Notes: generated from the sequence alone by a model not told the origin. DNA of 64,000 bases from an uncultured Spirochaetota bacterium (GCA_963745235.1 CAVUXE010000028.1:111449-175448); one strand, 5' to 3'; counted from the first letter of the stretch, positions 51,589 through 62,414 are shown. Numbers and translations: made by a program.

Positions 51589-54048
51589 ATGGTAAAAGTC
51601 ACCAGTAGAACTCTGCCCTGGGCAATCCTCCTCGCTGTGGTTTGTGTTTCGGTCGTTCTCTACTTCGCCGCCATGCTCGAAGTGATTGGGCGGCTCTCGA
51701 AGGAACGTGACGACCTGGGAGCGATTGCCAAGAAGTGGTTCGAGATCGAGCTTGCAATTGCAGAAGGGACCCAGCCGAGCTCTGGACTGGGGAATGCCAC
51801 CTACGGCGAAAGAGTCAACGGCTTCCGTCGCCAACTGACTGCCTTCCTTGACCTGCCGTGGTTCTCTGTGCTGCGCCAGGCATACCCGCAGCTCAAAACC
51901 CGCAGCCTGGCCCTGCGTTCGGCAGTCTCGGAGCTGGCCGTGGAGCCGGGAATGCCGTTGCCGTCGCGGCAGGCGTTCATCCAGGAGGCCAGGGGCATCA
52001 ACGATGACCTCAACAGCCTCATTGCGTGGATAGGCGCGTACAGCGCGGAGCAGATGACCGCCTTTCGCGTGCTGCTGGTCTTCCTGGCCGCATTCATCAG
52101 CCTGGCCGCGGTGCTCCTCCTGGGAGTCGGCAACCTGGTCAGGATACAGGAGGCCAGGTTCCTCGCCGCCATCGACAGCATGAGCGACGCGCTCATCGTA
52201 ACGGACGCCAACAACGCCATCATCCATGCGAACCCGTCAGCCTGCGAGCTCTTCGGCGTCAGCGCGGACCGGCTCCAGGGAAGACCACCACCGCAGGCGC
52301 TGGAACCGCGGCAGGATGAGGCCATCTCGGCGAGTCGCGGAAGTGAGGCCGCCAGCCCTGGCGACCCCATCGATGCCTTTCTCACGGATTCGTCGGGTCG
52401 TCGTCGCCCGGTATCGCTGAAGGTTGAGCGTATTCGAGAGCCCTCGGGCAAGAGCCGCGGCTCGGTGTATCTGATCCGCGACCTCACCGAGTGGAAAAAG
52501 CTTGTCGCCTCGATTTCGTCTACCTTCGTGACGTTGCAAATCGAGGACGCTGACCGCGCGGTCACCCGGGCACTGGACGAAGCGGCCTCACTGTGCAGGG
52601 CAGAGATACGTTCTCTCGTCCTTTTCGGCGCAGCGGCAGAAGACGACAGTGAAGCCAACGGAAATCAAGCCGCCTGCCTCCCCCCGCTCCTTCGCCGGTG
52701 GACCCAGCACGTTGCGGCAGGAGGGGAACCGGTGTATCTGCGCGCGGAGCTCGCGCACGGGGATCCCGCTTCTGTCCTTCGGGCCGAGTCACTGGCGTGG
52801 GCGGCGGCCATTCCCCTGAGCTTCGGCGGCACTGTGACCGGCGCCATCGCGCTTGCCTCGCGCAGGGCGAGTCCTCCCTGGGGCGAATCGCAAATGACAA
52901 TGGTCCGCATCCTGGGAAGCCTGGTCATCGAGCTTCTCGCCAAAAAATGGGTGATGCGGGAAATGAACAGGCTGGGCTTCGAGTACAAGGACCTCATAGA
53001 GCACGCGAACGTCCCGATCTGGGGGGTTGACAGCAGGGGAATAATAAACGAATGGAATCAGGCCATGATTTTGCTGACCGGCTCCGAAAAGAGCCGCGCC
53101 CTCGGCCTCGCCGCCACGCCCCTGATTGATCCGACGGATGGCAGGGGTGGATTTGCCGGCTTCCTGGCAGAGGTGCTGGCCGGCGGCCGCATTACGGAAA
53201 AGGAGCTGATGGTTCAGGCGGTCGGCAAGGGACCTTCCACCCTCCTGGTAAGCGGGTCGACGCGGCAGGACTCCTCCGGCAAGGTCATTGGTGCGCTGTT
53301 CATCGGCCAGGACATTTCTGCCCGGGTCGCCGGTGAACAACGGATCAAAGAACTGGCGCGTTCTCTTGTCGAGGTACAGGAAATCGAGCGACTGCGCATT
53401 TCTCAGGACCTTCACGACAACGTCGCGCAGGACCTCTCAGCCGCTCGCATCGCCTGCGAAACGCTGTTCGACGGGCTCGACCAGGATGGAAGTGTTCTCC
53501 GGCAGCGTGTAGCAGGGCTTTCCTCCGCCATCGCCTCCTCCCTCCAGTCCATCCGCAGCATTGCGTATGACTTGAGGACGCAGGACATCAACCAGTACGG
53601 GCTCGTCACGTCGCTTGACCGGCTCTGCGGTTCGTATGCCAGACCCGATGTGCCCTCGGTCACATTTCAGTCCGCGGGAGTCGAAAAGCTTCCCCTCGGG
53701 CCGGATGAAGCGCTGAACATCTACCGTATCGTGCAGGAAGCGCTGGCAAATGCCCGGCGCCACGCGAACGCAAGGTCAGTGACGGTTACTCTTGTCCACT
53801 CTCATCCCGACCTGATCCTGAGAATAACCGACGACGGAGTCGGTTTCGATGTCGAGCGGACGTTCGCGGAGGCGGCTGAGCGCAGGTGCATGGGCCTGGT
53901 CGGAATCCGCGAGAGGACCGCCATCCTCAGGGGAACCCTCACAATCGCGAGCCGGATTGGCAAAGGAACGCAGATCAAGGTCACGATTCCCTTCGAGAGC
54001 ACGGAGAAACCCGATGGCGCAGCAGAAAAGCATTCTCCTCATCGATGA
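51589..54048 (+). CDS. Membrane sensor kinase (periplasmic domain-PAS-GAF-PAS-HisKA_3)
   Basis: Two TM, PAS and GAF-like segments, ISQDLHDNVAQ, QEALANARRHA, DDGVGF, MGLVGIRER. Confidence 0.92.
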   Translation: MVKVTSRTLPWAILLAVVCVSVVLYFAAMLEVIGRLSKERDDLGAIAKKWFEIELAIAEGTQPSSGLGNATYGERVNGFRRQLTAFLDLPWFSVLRQAYPQLKTRSLALRSAVSELAVEPGMPLPSRQAFIQEARGINDDLNSLIAWIGAYSAEQMTAFRVLLVFLAAFISLAAVLLLGVGNLVRIQEARFLAAIDSMSDALIVTDANNAIIHANPSACELFGVSADRLQGRPPPQALEPRQDEAISASRGSEAASPGDPIDAFLTDSSGRRRPVSLKVERIREPSGKSRGSVYLIRDLTEWKKLVASISSTFVTLQIEDADRAVTRALDEAASLCRAEIRSLVLFGAAAEDDSEANGNQAACLPPLLRRWTQHVAAGGEPVYLRAELAHGDPASVLRAESLAWAAAIPLSFGGTVTGAIALASRRASPPWGESQMTMVRILGSLVIELLAKKWVMREMNRLGFEYKDLIEHANVPIWGVDSRGIINEWNQAMILLTGSEKSRALGLAATPLIDPTDGRGGFAGFLAEVLAGGRITEKELMVQAVGKGPSTLLVSGSTRQDSSGKVIGALFIGQDISARVAGEQRIKELARSLVEVQEIERLRISQDLHDNVAQDLSAARIACETLFDGLDQDGSVLRQRVAGLSSAIASSLQSIRSIAYDLRTQDINQYGLVTSLDRLCGSYARPDVPSVTFQSAGVEKLPLGPDEALNIYRIVQEALANARRHANARSVTVTLVHSHPDLILRITDDGVGFDVERTFAEAAERRCMGLVGIRERTAILRGTLTIASRIGKGTQIKVTIPFESTEKPDGAAEKHSPHR

Positions 54049-54691
54049 TCACAATCTGTTCCGTGAGGGGCTGAAGACGATCATCCGCCGAGACAGCCAG
54101 TTCACGGTGGTCGCGGAGGCAAAGAACGCGGACGAGGGAGTCCGTGCCGCGCTGCACGTACGACCTGACATCGTGCTGCTCGATATTTCGCTGCCCGGCA
54201 GGAGCGGGATCGACGTGGCGCGCGAGATCCGAGGAAAGCTTCCGGAGACGTTGATCATCATCGTGAGCATGTTTTCGAGGCCCGATCTCGTCATGGAGGC
54301 CGTGGAGGCGGGGGCCAGGGGATACGTGACCAAGGGCTCCACGCCCGAAACCCTCCTCCAAGGCATCCGCTCCGTGGCCGAAGGACAGTTCTATCTCGAC
54401 GGCGCGGCGTCCCAGGAGCTTATTACCGCTCTGGAAAACAAAGGCTCCAAGGGACGCACGGTGATCAACAACGAGTACGGGCAGCTCTCATCCAGGGAGC
54501 AGGAAGTTCTGCGAATGATCGCTGAGGGCGTCCCAGCCCGGGATATCGCTGAGAGGTTGTTCATCAGCGTCAAGACGGTGGAAAACCATCGCACCAACAT
54601 ACTTCACAAGCTTGGGCTGAAGTCCACGGTCGACCTCGTGAAATATGCTGCGCGCATCGGCCTCATCGACGTGGAGACGTGGAAGGGGTAG
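54014..54691 (+). CDS. NarL/NreC-family response regulator
   Basis: LLIDDHNLFREG, LLDISLP, LSSREQEVL, KTVENHRTNILHKLG. Confidence 0.94.
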   Translation: MAQQKSILLIDDHNLFREGLKTIIRRDSQFTVVAEAKNADEGVRAALHVRPDIVLLDISLPGRSGIDVAREIRGKLPETLIIIVSMFSRPDLVMEAVEAGARGYVTKGSTPETLLQGIRSVAEGQFYLDGAASQELITALENKGSKGRTVINNEYGQLSSREQEVLRMIAEGVPARDIAERLFISVKTVENHRTNILHKLGLKSTVDLVKYAARIGLIDVETWKG

Positions 54692-54738
54692 AGGGGCCCT
54701 CACGCCTCCAGGTCAACGTCGACTTTGTTTGCCTTTCC

Positions 54739-55680
54739 TCACGAGTATTTTTCTCCGCGGATCTCATCGATGTATTGCCCGGCAGCGTGGGCGGCGACCG
54801 CTCCTTCACCGGCTGCCACCACGAGCTGGCGGAATGGGCTTGCCCGCACATCGCCAACCGCATAGAGCCCGGGAATGCGCGTCTCCATCCGCTGGTTGGT
54901 CTCGATGTATCCTCCGTCGTCCAGGGGCAGGTTCATGCTCTTGACGAGCTTCGTCTGGGGATCGGAGCCAATGAAGATGAAGACCGCGGCAACTTCCTCC
55001 ACGCATTCTTTGCCCGTGACGTTGTCGACGAGCACGACTCTTTTCACCACCTTGTCTCCTTCGATCCTGCGCAGCTCCGTGTTGAACCTGACCGTGATCC
55101 TGGGGTTCGCGAGGACCCGCGCCGCAACCGCTTTCTGAGCGCGGAACCTGTCTCGCCGGTGAATCATGAGGATGGAGTCAGCCAGGTGCGACAGGTATGT
55201 TGCCTCGTCGCAGGCGGCGTCTCCGCCGCCCACCACGAGCATGCGTTTGCCCTTGAAGAACGGGCCGTCGCAGGTGGCGCAGTAGGAGACCCCCTTGCCG
55301 GAAAGGTCCGCTTCACCGGGCACCCCGACGGTGCGGTGCCTGGCTCCGGTGGCAAGGATGACGGTCATGGTGGTGATGGGTCCCCGCTCGGTCTCCAGCA
55401 CGAAAATCCCGTCCTCCTTTCTTAACGAGGAGACACCCACGTTCTCCACCGTTGCTCCGAACTTCAAGGCCTGCTCTTCCATTTTCCGGGTGAAGTCGAA
55501 TCCGCTGACCGGTTCGGGAAAACCCGGGTAGTTCTCCAAAGTATCTATCAGGAGGGCCTGGCCCCCTGAGGACAGCTCATCAAGAAGAAGGGTGCGCAGG
55601 TTGCCCCGAGCCCCGTACTGGGCCGCGGAAAGGCCAGCTCCGCCGGCTCCAATGATGATCAAGTCGTGATCCGTGGTCAT
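54739..55680 (-). CDS. trxB: Thioredoxin-disulfide reductase
   Basis: GAGGAG, ENYPGF, GVSYCATCDG, GGGDAA, HRRD, AVGDVR. Confidence 0.95.
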   Translation of the reverse strand: MTTDHDLIIIGAGGAGLSAAQYGARGNLRTLLLDELSSGGQALLIDTLENYPGFPEPVSGFDFTRKMEEQALKFGATVENVGVSSLRKEDGIFVLETERGPITTMTVILATGARHRTVGVPGEADLSGKGVSYCATCDGPFFKGKRMLVVGGGDAACDEATYLSHLADSILMIHRRDRFRAQKAVAARVLANPRITVRFNTELRRIEGDKVVKRVVLVDNVTGKECVEEVAAVFIFIGSDPQTKLVKSMNLPLDDGGYIETNQRMETRIPGLYAVGDVRASPFRQLVVAAGEGAVAAHAAGQYIDEIRGEKYS

Positions 55681-55814
55681 TTCAACTCTCCTGTCCTTTG
55701 TCGACTTAGAATGTCACGCCGAGTGTTCACTGAAGTGTCACAAAAGGGTGAAAATATCCGTACACCTCGTGGCATAGCGACTGGATAGCGGCTGAACAGC
55801 TTCGAAAAGTTCTC

Positions 55815-55847
55815 TTGATATATATATTATATATAATGTATGATATC
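55815..55847. promoter_or_regulatory. AT-alternating promoter/operator of the GntR gene
   Basis: TTGATA-N18-TATGAT enclosing TATATATTATATATA in a GC-rich background. Confidence 0.5.
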
Positions 55848-55856
55848 GGCAATCAC

Positions 55857-56540
55857 ATGCAGCAGGCAAGCCCGACAGTCGCAAGCCGCAGGTCTCTGAG
55901 CGAACAGGTGCGAAACAGGATCCTCCATAAGATAGCGACTGGAGAGCTCCCGCCCGGTCACAGGGTTGTCGAAGCGAACATCGCGCAGGAGCTCGATGTC
56001 AGCGCCATACCGGTCCGGGAAGCCATCCGGGAGCTGGTTGCGCGGCGCGTCCTCGAGTGCGTCGTCCACAAAGGCGCCCGGGTCCGCAAGGTCAGCATGT
56101 CGGAAACCATCGACGCTCTCCAGGTGAAGGGAGCGCTGGAGGCTCTGGCAGCGCGTCTGGCGGGCGGGAAGCTGGTCGAAACGGCGCTGCTCATACGGCA
56201 GCACATCGATTCGCTGCGGAAATCCCTCGAGGAGCGAGACTCCATACAGTTCCAGGACCTGAACCAGGCCTTTCACAGGAGCATCGTCGAAGCTTCAGGA
56301 AATGCCCTCCTCCTCACACTCTGGGACTCCCTCGCGTTCGAGGTGCGGACGAAGTTCTTCATGGACTCCCTGGAGGTGGTGGATCCCGACGAGATTGCAC
56401 GGGAGCATGAGGATGTGCTTCACGCCGCAGAGGCTGGCGACGCGGAACGCGTTGCGTCCCTGCTGATCGACCACTCGACCAATCTGATAAAGCACCTGAG
56501 CGTGCAAATGGCGGAAAACGCGAAACGGGAAGGTCCATAA
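55857..56540 (+). CDS. GntR family regulator (FCD)
   Basis: GELPPGHRV, LDVSAIPVREA, NQAFHRSI, EHEDV. Confidence 0.92.
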   Translation: MQQASPTVASRRSLSEQVRNRILHKIATGELPPGHRVVEANIAQELDVSAIPVREAIRELVARRVLECVVHKGARVRKVSMSETIDALQVKGALEALAARLAGGKLVETALLIRQHIDSLRKSLEERDSIQFQDLNQAFHRSIVEASGNALLLTLWDSLAFEVRTKFFMDSLEVVDPDEIAREHEDVLHAAEAGDAERVASLLIDHSTNLIKHLSVQMAENAKREGP

Positions 56541-56575
56541 ACAAGGAGACTCTCTTGAGCGAGTGGTCCGAGGCG

Positions 56576-57433
56576 CTAGGTGTACACTCGAAGCACGTGG
56601 CTGCTGGAAGGATGCCGGAGGCGCTTGATTGCCGTCTTCTCGATCTGGCGAATTCGCTCCTTGGTGAGCTTGCATCGTCTGCCGATCTCCCTCAGCGACA
56701 TCGGCTTCCTGCCATTCAACCCGTACCGGCACTGGAGGACCTCCGACTCCCTCTGAGAAAGGGAGGTCAGGACGGTTTCGATGTCGTCTCGGAGGGAGCT
56801 CCTGGTAAGGATCTCCTCAACGGACCCGCGGCTCTTGTCCTCCACGAAGTCCTCCAGCGGAGAGAAGTCCTCATCCGCGGAAACGGGTGCGTCCAGGGAA
56901 AGCAGGTCACGGGAGATGGTCAGCAGCTCTGCGACCCGGCCGCGATCCTTGTGGAGCCTCTGCGCGATCTCCTCTTCCACCGGTGTGCGGCTTTGCTCTC
57001 CCTGCAGCTCATCACGCACCCGCGTGACCTGGAGAAGCTCCTGGGCCTTGTTCTGGGGGAGACGGATCATGCGGGATTTCTCACCGATGGCCCTCAGGAT
57101 GGTCTGACGGATCCACCACACGGCGTACGAGATGAACCGGTAGCCTTTGCCGGGATCGAAATGTTCCAGGGCAAGCACCAGCCCGATGTTCCCCTCGCTG
57201 ACAAGGTCCTCGAGCGGAATGCCATAGGAGGGAAACTTCTTTGCGAGGTTCACGACAAACCTCAGGTTTGCCTTGATCAGCTTTTCCCCGGCGAGCCTGT
57301 CACCGCGCATCGCGCGGCGGGCAAGCGCGTCCTCTTCCGCCCGAGAAAGAAGGGGGATCCGGCTGATTTCCTTGAAATAGATTGAAAGGACGTTCTCTTC
57401 AGCCTTTCGTGTCCTCTTGACGGCGCTACTCAT
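56576..57433 (-). CDS. Sigma-70 family factor, RpoD/RpoS-like lacking region 1.1
   Basis: ANLRFVVNLAK, DLVSEGNIGL, GYRFISYAVWWIRQ, LTKERIRQIE. Confidence 0.92.
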   Translation of the reverse strand: MSSAVKRTRKAEENVLSIYFKEISRIPLLSRAEEDALARRAMRGDRLAGEKLIKANLRFVVNLAKKFPSYGIPLEDLVSEGNIGLVLALEHFDPGKGYRFISYAVWWIRQTILRAIGEKSRMIRLPQNKAQELLQVTRVRDELQGEQSRTPVEEEIAQRLHKDRGRVAELLTISRDLLSLDAPVSADEDFSPLEDFVEDKSRGSVEEILTRSSLRDDIETVLTSLSQRESEVLQCRYGLNGRKPMSLREIGRRCKLTKERIRQIEKTAIKRLRHPSSSHVLRVYT

Positions 57434-57496
57434 ACCTGCGTAGATCGTAGCGTCGCCTGATTACGGTTTGATTGCGGCCAGGTTAAATCTTCTTAA

Positions 57497-59060
57497 CTAC
57501 CGTGACCGCAGGTCCTCCCTCAGCTCAACCTGGCCGTCCTTCAGCTGTTCCAGGGCATGGTCCCTGAGCACGGCTCCACTCGCCCGGCCCAGCTCCATCA
57601 ACGCCTGCCGGAAACGGACCACTGCCTCCAGCTCGTGCTGCCTGGCCTGCCGCAGCTCATCCTCGGCGTTGTAGACTTCCAGGAGGCTGGCCGTCCCGCC
57701 GTGCAGCCGTTCGGTCTGGACAGCCAGCAGGTCGCGCTTGACCTGGACCACCGTTCGCTGGTTGTCGATGTGCTCACGGAGTGTCGCGATGCTCTGGACA
57801 AGGGAGACGATGGTGTCTGTCATTTGCTGGCGCACCGCGGCGAGCCGCACGGTTGCGAGCTCCCTCTTGAGCTCCTCCACGTCGAGCTCGTTGCGCTGCT
57901 TCACACCCAGGAGGAGGGGCATGTGGAGCTCCAGCCCGAGCGACCACGTCGGATAGCTCTGGCTCCCAAGGGTGCCAAGGGAATCCTGAGGCGTGTCGCC
58001 GAGCCCGCTGTACCCGTAACTGCCCGTGAGGCTGAGCTCAGGCAGAGCCTGGTCCTTCTGCAGGTCGACCAGGAGGCCCTCCTTGAGCACCTGCTCCGAT
58101 TCGATCATGTAATCGGGTTGCGCGCGCTCGGCCCACTCCTGGTAGCTGCGGCCTTCGGCCGCCGGGTCCCACTGCCCTCCCTCGTTGGCAACAAGCGGGT
58201 CGGTGGCAACGATACTGTCGTTTGCTGGTTTTGCCCCCGCACCGCCGGTGAGCAGCCGCAGTTGCCGCAGGGCCTCGTTGAGGGAAATCTGCCCGTCTTC
58301 CCGCGCTGCCTCGCGGGAGGCAAGCTCCGCCTCCGCTTCGCGAACATCCAGGTCGGACATTTTCCCCACGAGCGCTGCCTCCTTCGCGGTCGTGAGGAGG
58401 TCGCGGGCCACCTGGACGGATTCGGAGTCCATGCGAAGCACTTCCTGCGCGAACGCAAGGTTCCAGTATGCCGCCTCTGCCTGGGTCACCGCGGACATGA
58501 GCTGCCGGCGATACTCGTGAAACGCAATGATGCGGTCCTCGAAAGCGGTTCGAATGGAGCCCATCGGGGCGCCGTGGGTAAACCCTTTCAGGAGGGGCTG
58601 CTGGGCGGAAATGCCCACGAAGGATTTGAACTGTCCCTGCTCGACGTAGGTATCCTGCAACCTGGTGATGGAGGCGCCCAGATTGTAGTTTGCCCCCGTG
58701 GGAAGATTCCCCTCGACCCCGAGGGAGTAGGCGTCGTTCTTCTCGTCGTACAGAGGGGTTCCCAGCTGCTGGAACTGTTCAAGGGCCGTGTTCTGCTGGC
58801 GCAGCCCTTCCTCCTTCGCGCTGGCCGCGAGAACGGGCTCGTAGGTGCCCCATTCCGCGCGCGCCTGCCCCGTCTGGATGAGCCACTGCAGGCGGGCCTC
58901 TCGCACCCCGGGGTTCGTGCGAACGACGTCCCCCAGGAAAGAGGCGAGGCTCATCATGCGGCCAGGCGCCGGTATTTCCTGCGCCTCTGTGGACCCTGCG
59001 TTGGACAGGACGCAGGAGAACGCGAGCGCTCTGAAGACGCCGAGGACTGATGACGCGTGG
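57497..59060 (-). CDS. TolC-family outer-membrane protein, 5' end apparently missing
   Basis: QQPLLKG, EAAYWNLA, LPELSLTGSYG, WSLGLELHMPL; signal-like stretch VLGVFRALAFSCVLS has no upstream start before the opposing gene. Confidence 0.82.
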
Positions 59061-59835
59061 GACGACCAGATCAATGGCGTGGGCGATGCCTTCGTGCGCA
59101 ATCTTCCCGCTTTCGTCGAACGCGTGCAGGGGGCGTGGCCGGATTTCCCCACCTTCGGCGGAGTCTGTGAGGGCCACGAGATGCTGTGGCGCATCATCGG
59201 CTCTGAACACACGCTGCTGTGGATGGGATTGTACCCGGACCACATCGCGCGCTTCGTGGAACGCATCAACGCCTTCTCCCTGGAAGTGCTGAAGGCCCAG
59301 ATCAAGGCCGCCGACGGCATGCTGGACGGCATGGTGATCTGGGGAGACGTCGCCTACAAAAACGGCATGCTGTTCTCACCCGTTTTTTGGCGGAAGCACT
59401 TTAAGCCTGGGGTCAAGGCCCTCATCGACGAGTGCCACAAGCACGGCTTGCCGGTCATCTATCATGGCTGCGGCAACGTCAATCGCGATTTTTGAGGACT
59501 TCATTGAAGTGGGAGTCGACGCCTACAATCCGCTGGAGGCGAAAGCGGGGCTGGACGTCATCGACCTGCGCCGCCGGTTTGGCCACCGCATGGGGTTCTG
59601 CGGCAATATGGATGTGATGCTTTGGGCCAACGGAAGCCGGGAGGAAATCAAGGCCGCCGTCCTCACCAAACTGAATGCCGCCAAGGGGGGCGGGTTCATC
59701 TTCCAGTCGGACCACTCCGTCCCCAACAGCATTTCCGGCGAGAACTACGATTACGTCGTGCGCTTGGTCAGAGAATACGGGAAATACCCGCTGCAACTGG
59801 GCGAGTACGACATCGCCTTCCCCGCCGCGGCCTAA
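59061..59835 (+). CDS. Uroporphyrinogen decarboxylase/MtaA-CmuA family protein, C-terminal part only, frameshift ~59487
   Basis: WGDVAYK, IYHGCGN, YNPLEAKAG, FCGNMD, GGFIFQSDHSVP; no start or N-terminus. Confidence 0.8.
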
Positions 59836-59940
59836 AGCAGGGGCAGCGGAGACACTCCCCTGGCCCCGATCTGCTGGAAGGGAAATGTCGAGACCAAAAG
59901 TGTGCCAGCGCCAGCGCTAATGGCGTTGACTGAAACCTGA

Positions 59941-60495
59941 CTAATGGTTCCCGAGGAACATGACGTGAATGTACGTACCCAGCCTGACGTTAAACGCCAG
60001 ATACCAGCCCACGTGGTCCGGGTCATCGTAAATCACGATTTGGTCGCCGTCCCAAATCCAGTCATTGCAGTATCCGTAATCGTCGGGGGCAACGCTGAAA
60101 TAAAAACCATTAAACCAGAAGCGGTTGCGTCCTCCGCCGGCCAAATGCCAAACGTGGCCGCGGCCAATTCCGCCGCTTAAAGTGCCCGTGCTCCCAAGGA
60201 TGATCGAGGTGGTAGTGGGCGTCTCCGGGGCCGGTATCGTGTCCGATCCATTTGCCGTTGGTGTGAACGTGCGGGGCCTCGGGGTGCCCGGGTGCGTCGT
60301 TATAATGACGCGCTTGCGGAGCGGGCGCTTGATGGGGTTGGACCATGGCTGGCCTTGGCAGGGCCGATGCTGCGGGGATGGCGTGTCCACCTGCTGTTGC
60401 CCCCGTGTTCTTCCCCCTTGCCCTCTATCGTGTTGGGCCCAAGCAGAAACCGAGAACACCAGCAATACTGCAAGAATTCCACATAGCCGTTTCAT
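59941..60495 (-). CDS. Secreted Gly/His-rich hypothetical protein (internal compensating frameshifts)
   Basis: AGGAGG RBS, signal peptide; GHPEAPHVH...HPWEHGHF lies in an alternate frame; ends [20 protein letters not shown]. Confidence 0.65.
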   Translation of the reverse strand: MKRLCGILAVLLVFSVSAWAQHDRGQGGRTRGQQQVDTPSPQHRPCQGQPWSNPIKRPLRKRVIITTHPGTPRPRTFTPTANGSDTIPAPETPTTTSIILGSTGTLSGGIGRGHVWHLAGGGRNRFWFNGFYFSVAPDDYGYCNDWIWDGDQIVIYDDPDHVGWYLAFNVRLGTYIHVMFLGNH

Positions 60496-60718
60496 GTGCA
60501 GCCTCCTCCAGGCCTGTCCACGTTGCCTCTCGGGTCTGTAACGTCAGCCTGGTTTGGCGTAGGAAACTGACTTCCTGCGCCTGCTACGTCGTCATTATGG
60601 TTTGTCGCATGCCGGAACAGTTTAAGCTTAGCAGAGTGTCGGCGACTGCCCGCAAAACAGTTGAACGAAGTAGAACGCCTTAAAATATTTCGCGTCATTA
60701 TTTCGTCTACACTACTGG

Positions 60719-61306
60719 ATGCATGACGCGCTGAGCATCGAGTTCATGACCGACGAGCAAAACCGCCGCATCGCGGAGACCGTCGAGCGGGAACAACCCC
60801 GCCTGCGCAACTTCATTCGCAAGCGCGTTCTGGACGAAAGCGAGGCGGAAGACATTCTGCAAGAGGTCTTCTATGAACTCGTGCAGGCTTACCGGCTGAT
60901 GAAACCCGTGGAGCAAGTGGGCGCATGGCTCTTCCGGGTGGCGAGGAATCGCATCATCGACAGATTTCGCAAGCGGAAGCCGGAGGCGGCAAGCAGCGAT
61001 GCCCTCGCCGGAGAAGAAGAGGGAGAGTTGTTCCCGTGGGAAGACCTGCTCCCCTCGCCCGATGCCGGCCCGGAAGCGGCCTACGCGCGCGAGGTGCTGC
61101 TCGAAGAAATTGACGCGGCTTTGGACGAACTCCCGGAAGAACAGCGCGAGGTGTTTGTCGCCCACGAACTCGAGGGCCGGAGCTTCAACGACCTGGCAGC
61201 GGCGACCGGGCTGAGCGTGAACACCTTGCTCTCCCGAAAGCACTACGCGGTGCTCCACCTGCGGCGGCGCTTGCGGGCCATTTACGACGAATTCAAGAAA
61301 GCGTGA
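60719..61306 (+). CDS. ECF sigma factor
   Basis: AEDILQEVF, AWLFRVARNRIIDRFRK, LPEEQREVF, NTLLSRK. Confidence 0.92.
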   Translation: MHDALSIEFMTDEQNRRIAETVEREQPRLRNFIRKRVLDESEAEDILQEVFYELVQAYRLMKPVEQVGAWLFRVARNRIIDRFRKRKPEAASSDALAGEEEGELFPWEDLLPSPDAGPEAAYAREVLLEEIDAALDELPEEQREVFVAHELEGRSFNDLAAATGLSVNTLLSRKHYAVLHLRRRLRAIYDEFKKA

Positions 61307-61317
61307 GGGTAAAAACG

Positions 61318-61657
61318 ATGAGAAGGCATCGGATTTTGCGAGGATTGAAAATTTTGTTGATTGTTGCTGCTGGCGGCAACGGTATTCAGCTTTGTGGTCA
61401 TGTGGCTCTGGAACCGGCTGATGCCGGCCATCTTCGGTCTGCATGCCATCAGCTTCTGGCAAGCTTTGGGCCTGCTGGTGCTGAGCAAGATTCTCTTCGG
61501 CGGGTTTCGCGGCCGGCCGGGCTTCGCGATGCACTGGCGCCAGCGCATGATGGAGCGCTGGGAGCAGATGACCCCCGAAGAACGCGAGAAATTCCGAGCC
61601 GGCATGCGCGGCGGCTGCGGCCCCTTTGGATCCTCACCGGCCGCGCCCAAGGCTTGA
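61318..61657 (+). CDS. Small membrane protein, frameshift ~61370
   Basis: VVMWLWNRLMPAIFGLHAISFWQALGLLVLSKILFGG, MTPEEREKFR. Confidence 0.7.
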
Positions 61658-61688
61658 CTCATGAAAAAGAATCCGGACGGAGGAAACC

Positions 61689-62246
61689 ATGGCGCACCGT
61701 GTCTGTCCCTGGTGGTTAGGATATCTGCTGGCCAGCCCGCTGCGGCGGCTCATGCAGGATCCGGCGAAGGTGCTGGCCCCGTACGTTCGAGAAGGCATGA
61801 CCGTGCTCGAACCCGGGCCGGGCATGGGCTTCTTCACGCTCGAACTCGCCCGCTTGGTGGGCCCCTCCGGCCGGGTGGTGGCCGTCGATATTCAGCCGCG
61901 CATGCTCTCCAGCCTGAAGCGCCGCGCCGCCCGGGCGGGGCTTCTGGAGCGTGTGGATGCGCGCTTGGCCGCCCCGGACACCCTGGGCATCGCGGACCTC
62001 GCCGGCGCCGTGGACTTTACGCTGGCGTTCGCTCTGGTGCATGAATTGCCGGCCGTCGAACCGTTTTTCGCGGAAGTCGCGAAGGCCTCGAAGCCCGGTG
62101 CGGGGTTGCTCTTTGCCGAGCCGGCCGGACACGTGAAGACGGCGGATTTCGAGGCCGAGCTGGAGGCGGCAATCCATGCCGGGTTCGAGTTGGTAGAGCG
62201 TCCCGCGATTCGCCGCAGCCACGCGGCTTTTCTGAAGAGGGCGTAA
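61689..62246 (+). CDS. Class I SAM-dependent methyltransferase
   Basis: VCPWW, VLEPGPGMGFF, AVDIQPRML, KPGA. Confidence 0.9.
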   Translation: MAHRVCPWWLGYLLASPLRRLMQDPAKVLAPYVREGMTVLEPGPGMGFFTLELARLVGPSGRVVAVDIQPRMLSSLKRRAARAGLLERVDARLAAPDTLGIADLAGAVDFTLAFALVHELPAVEPFFAEVAKASKPGAGLLFAEPAGHVKTADFEAELEAAIHAGFELVERPAIRRSHAAFLKRA

Positions 62247-62414
62247 GTCCCGAGCGGCACCGGTCAGCGTCAATTGCTCGCCGCCACCCTGCGATTCCTA
62301 GCTGGTGCACGCCTCGGGCAACGCCGGACTCTCACCTCGCCAAATTCGGCCATGAGGAGCTTCCCGATTGCCAGGCAACCGGACTGGCCAATTCTCAGCC
62401 CCATAACAAATGAC

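Noticed and set aside
50854-52227. 457 aa ORF as one protein
   Set aside because: The N-terminal half is antisense to the kinase; only the membrane domain below 51516 is credible.
58845-59332. Long overlap of TolC and URO-D ORFs as real dual coding
   Set aside because: Both extensions are read-through across the junction at ~59060 and show no family motifs.
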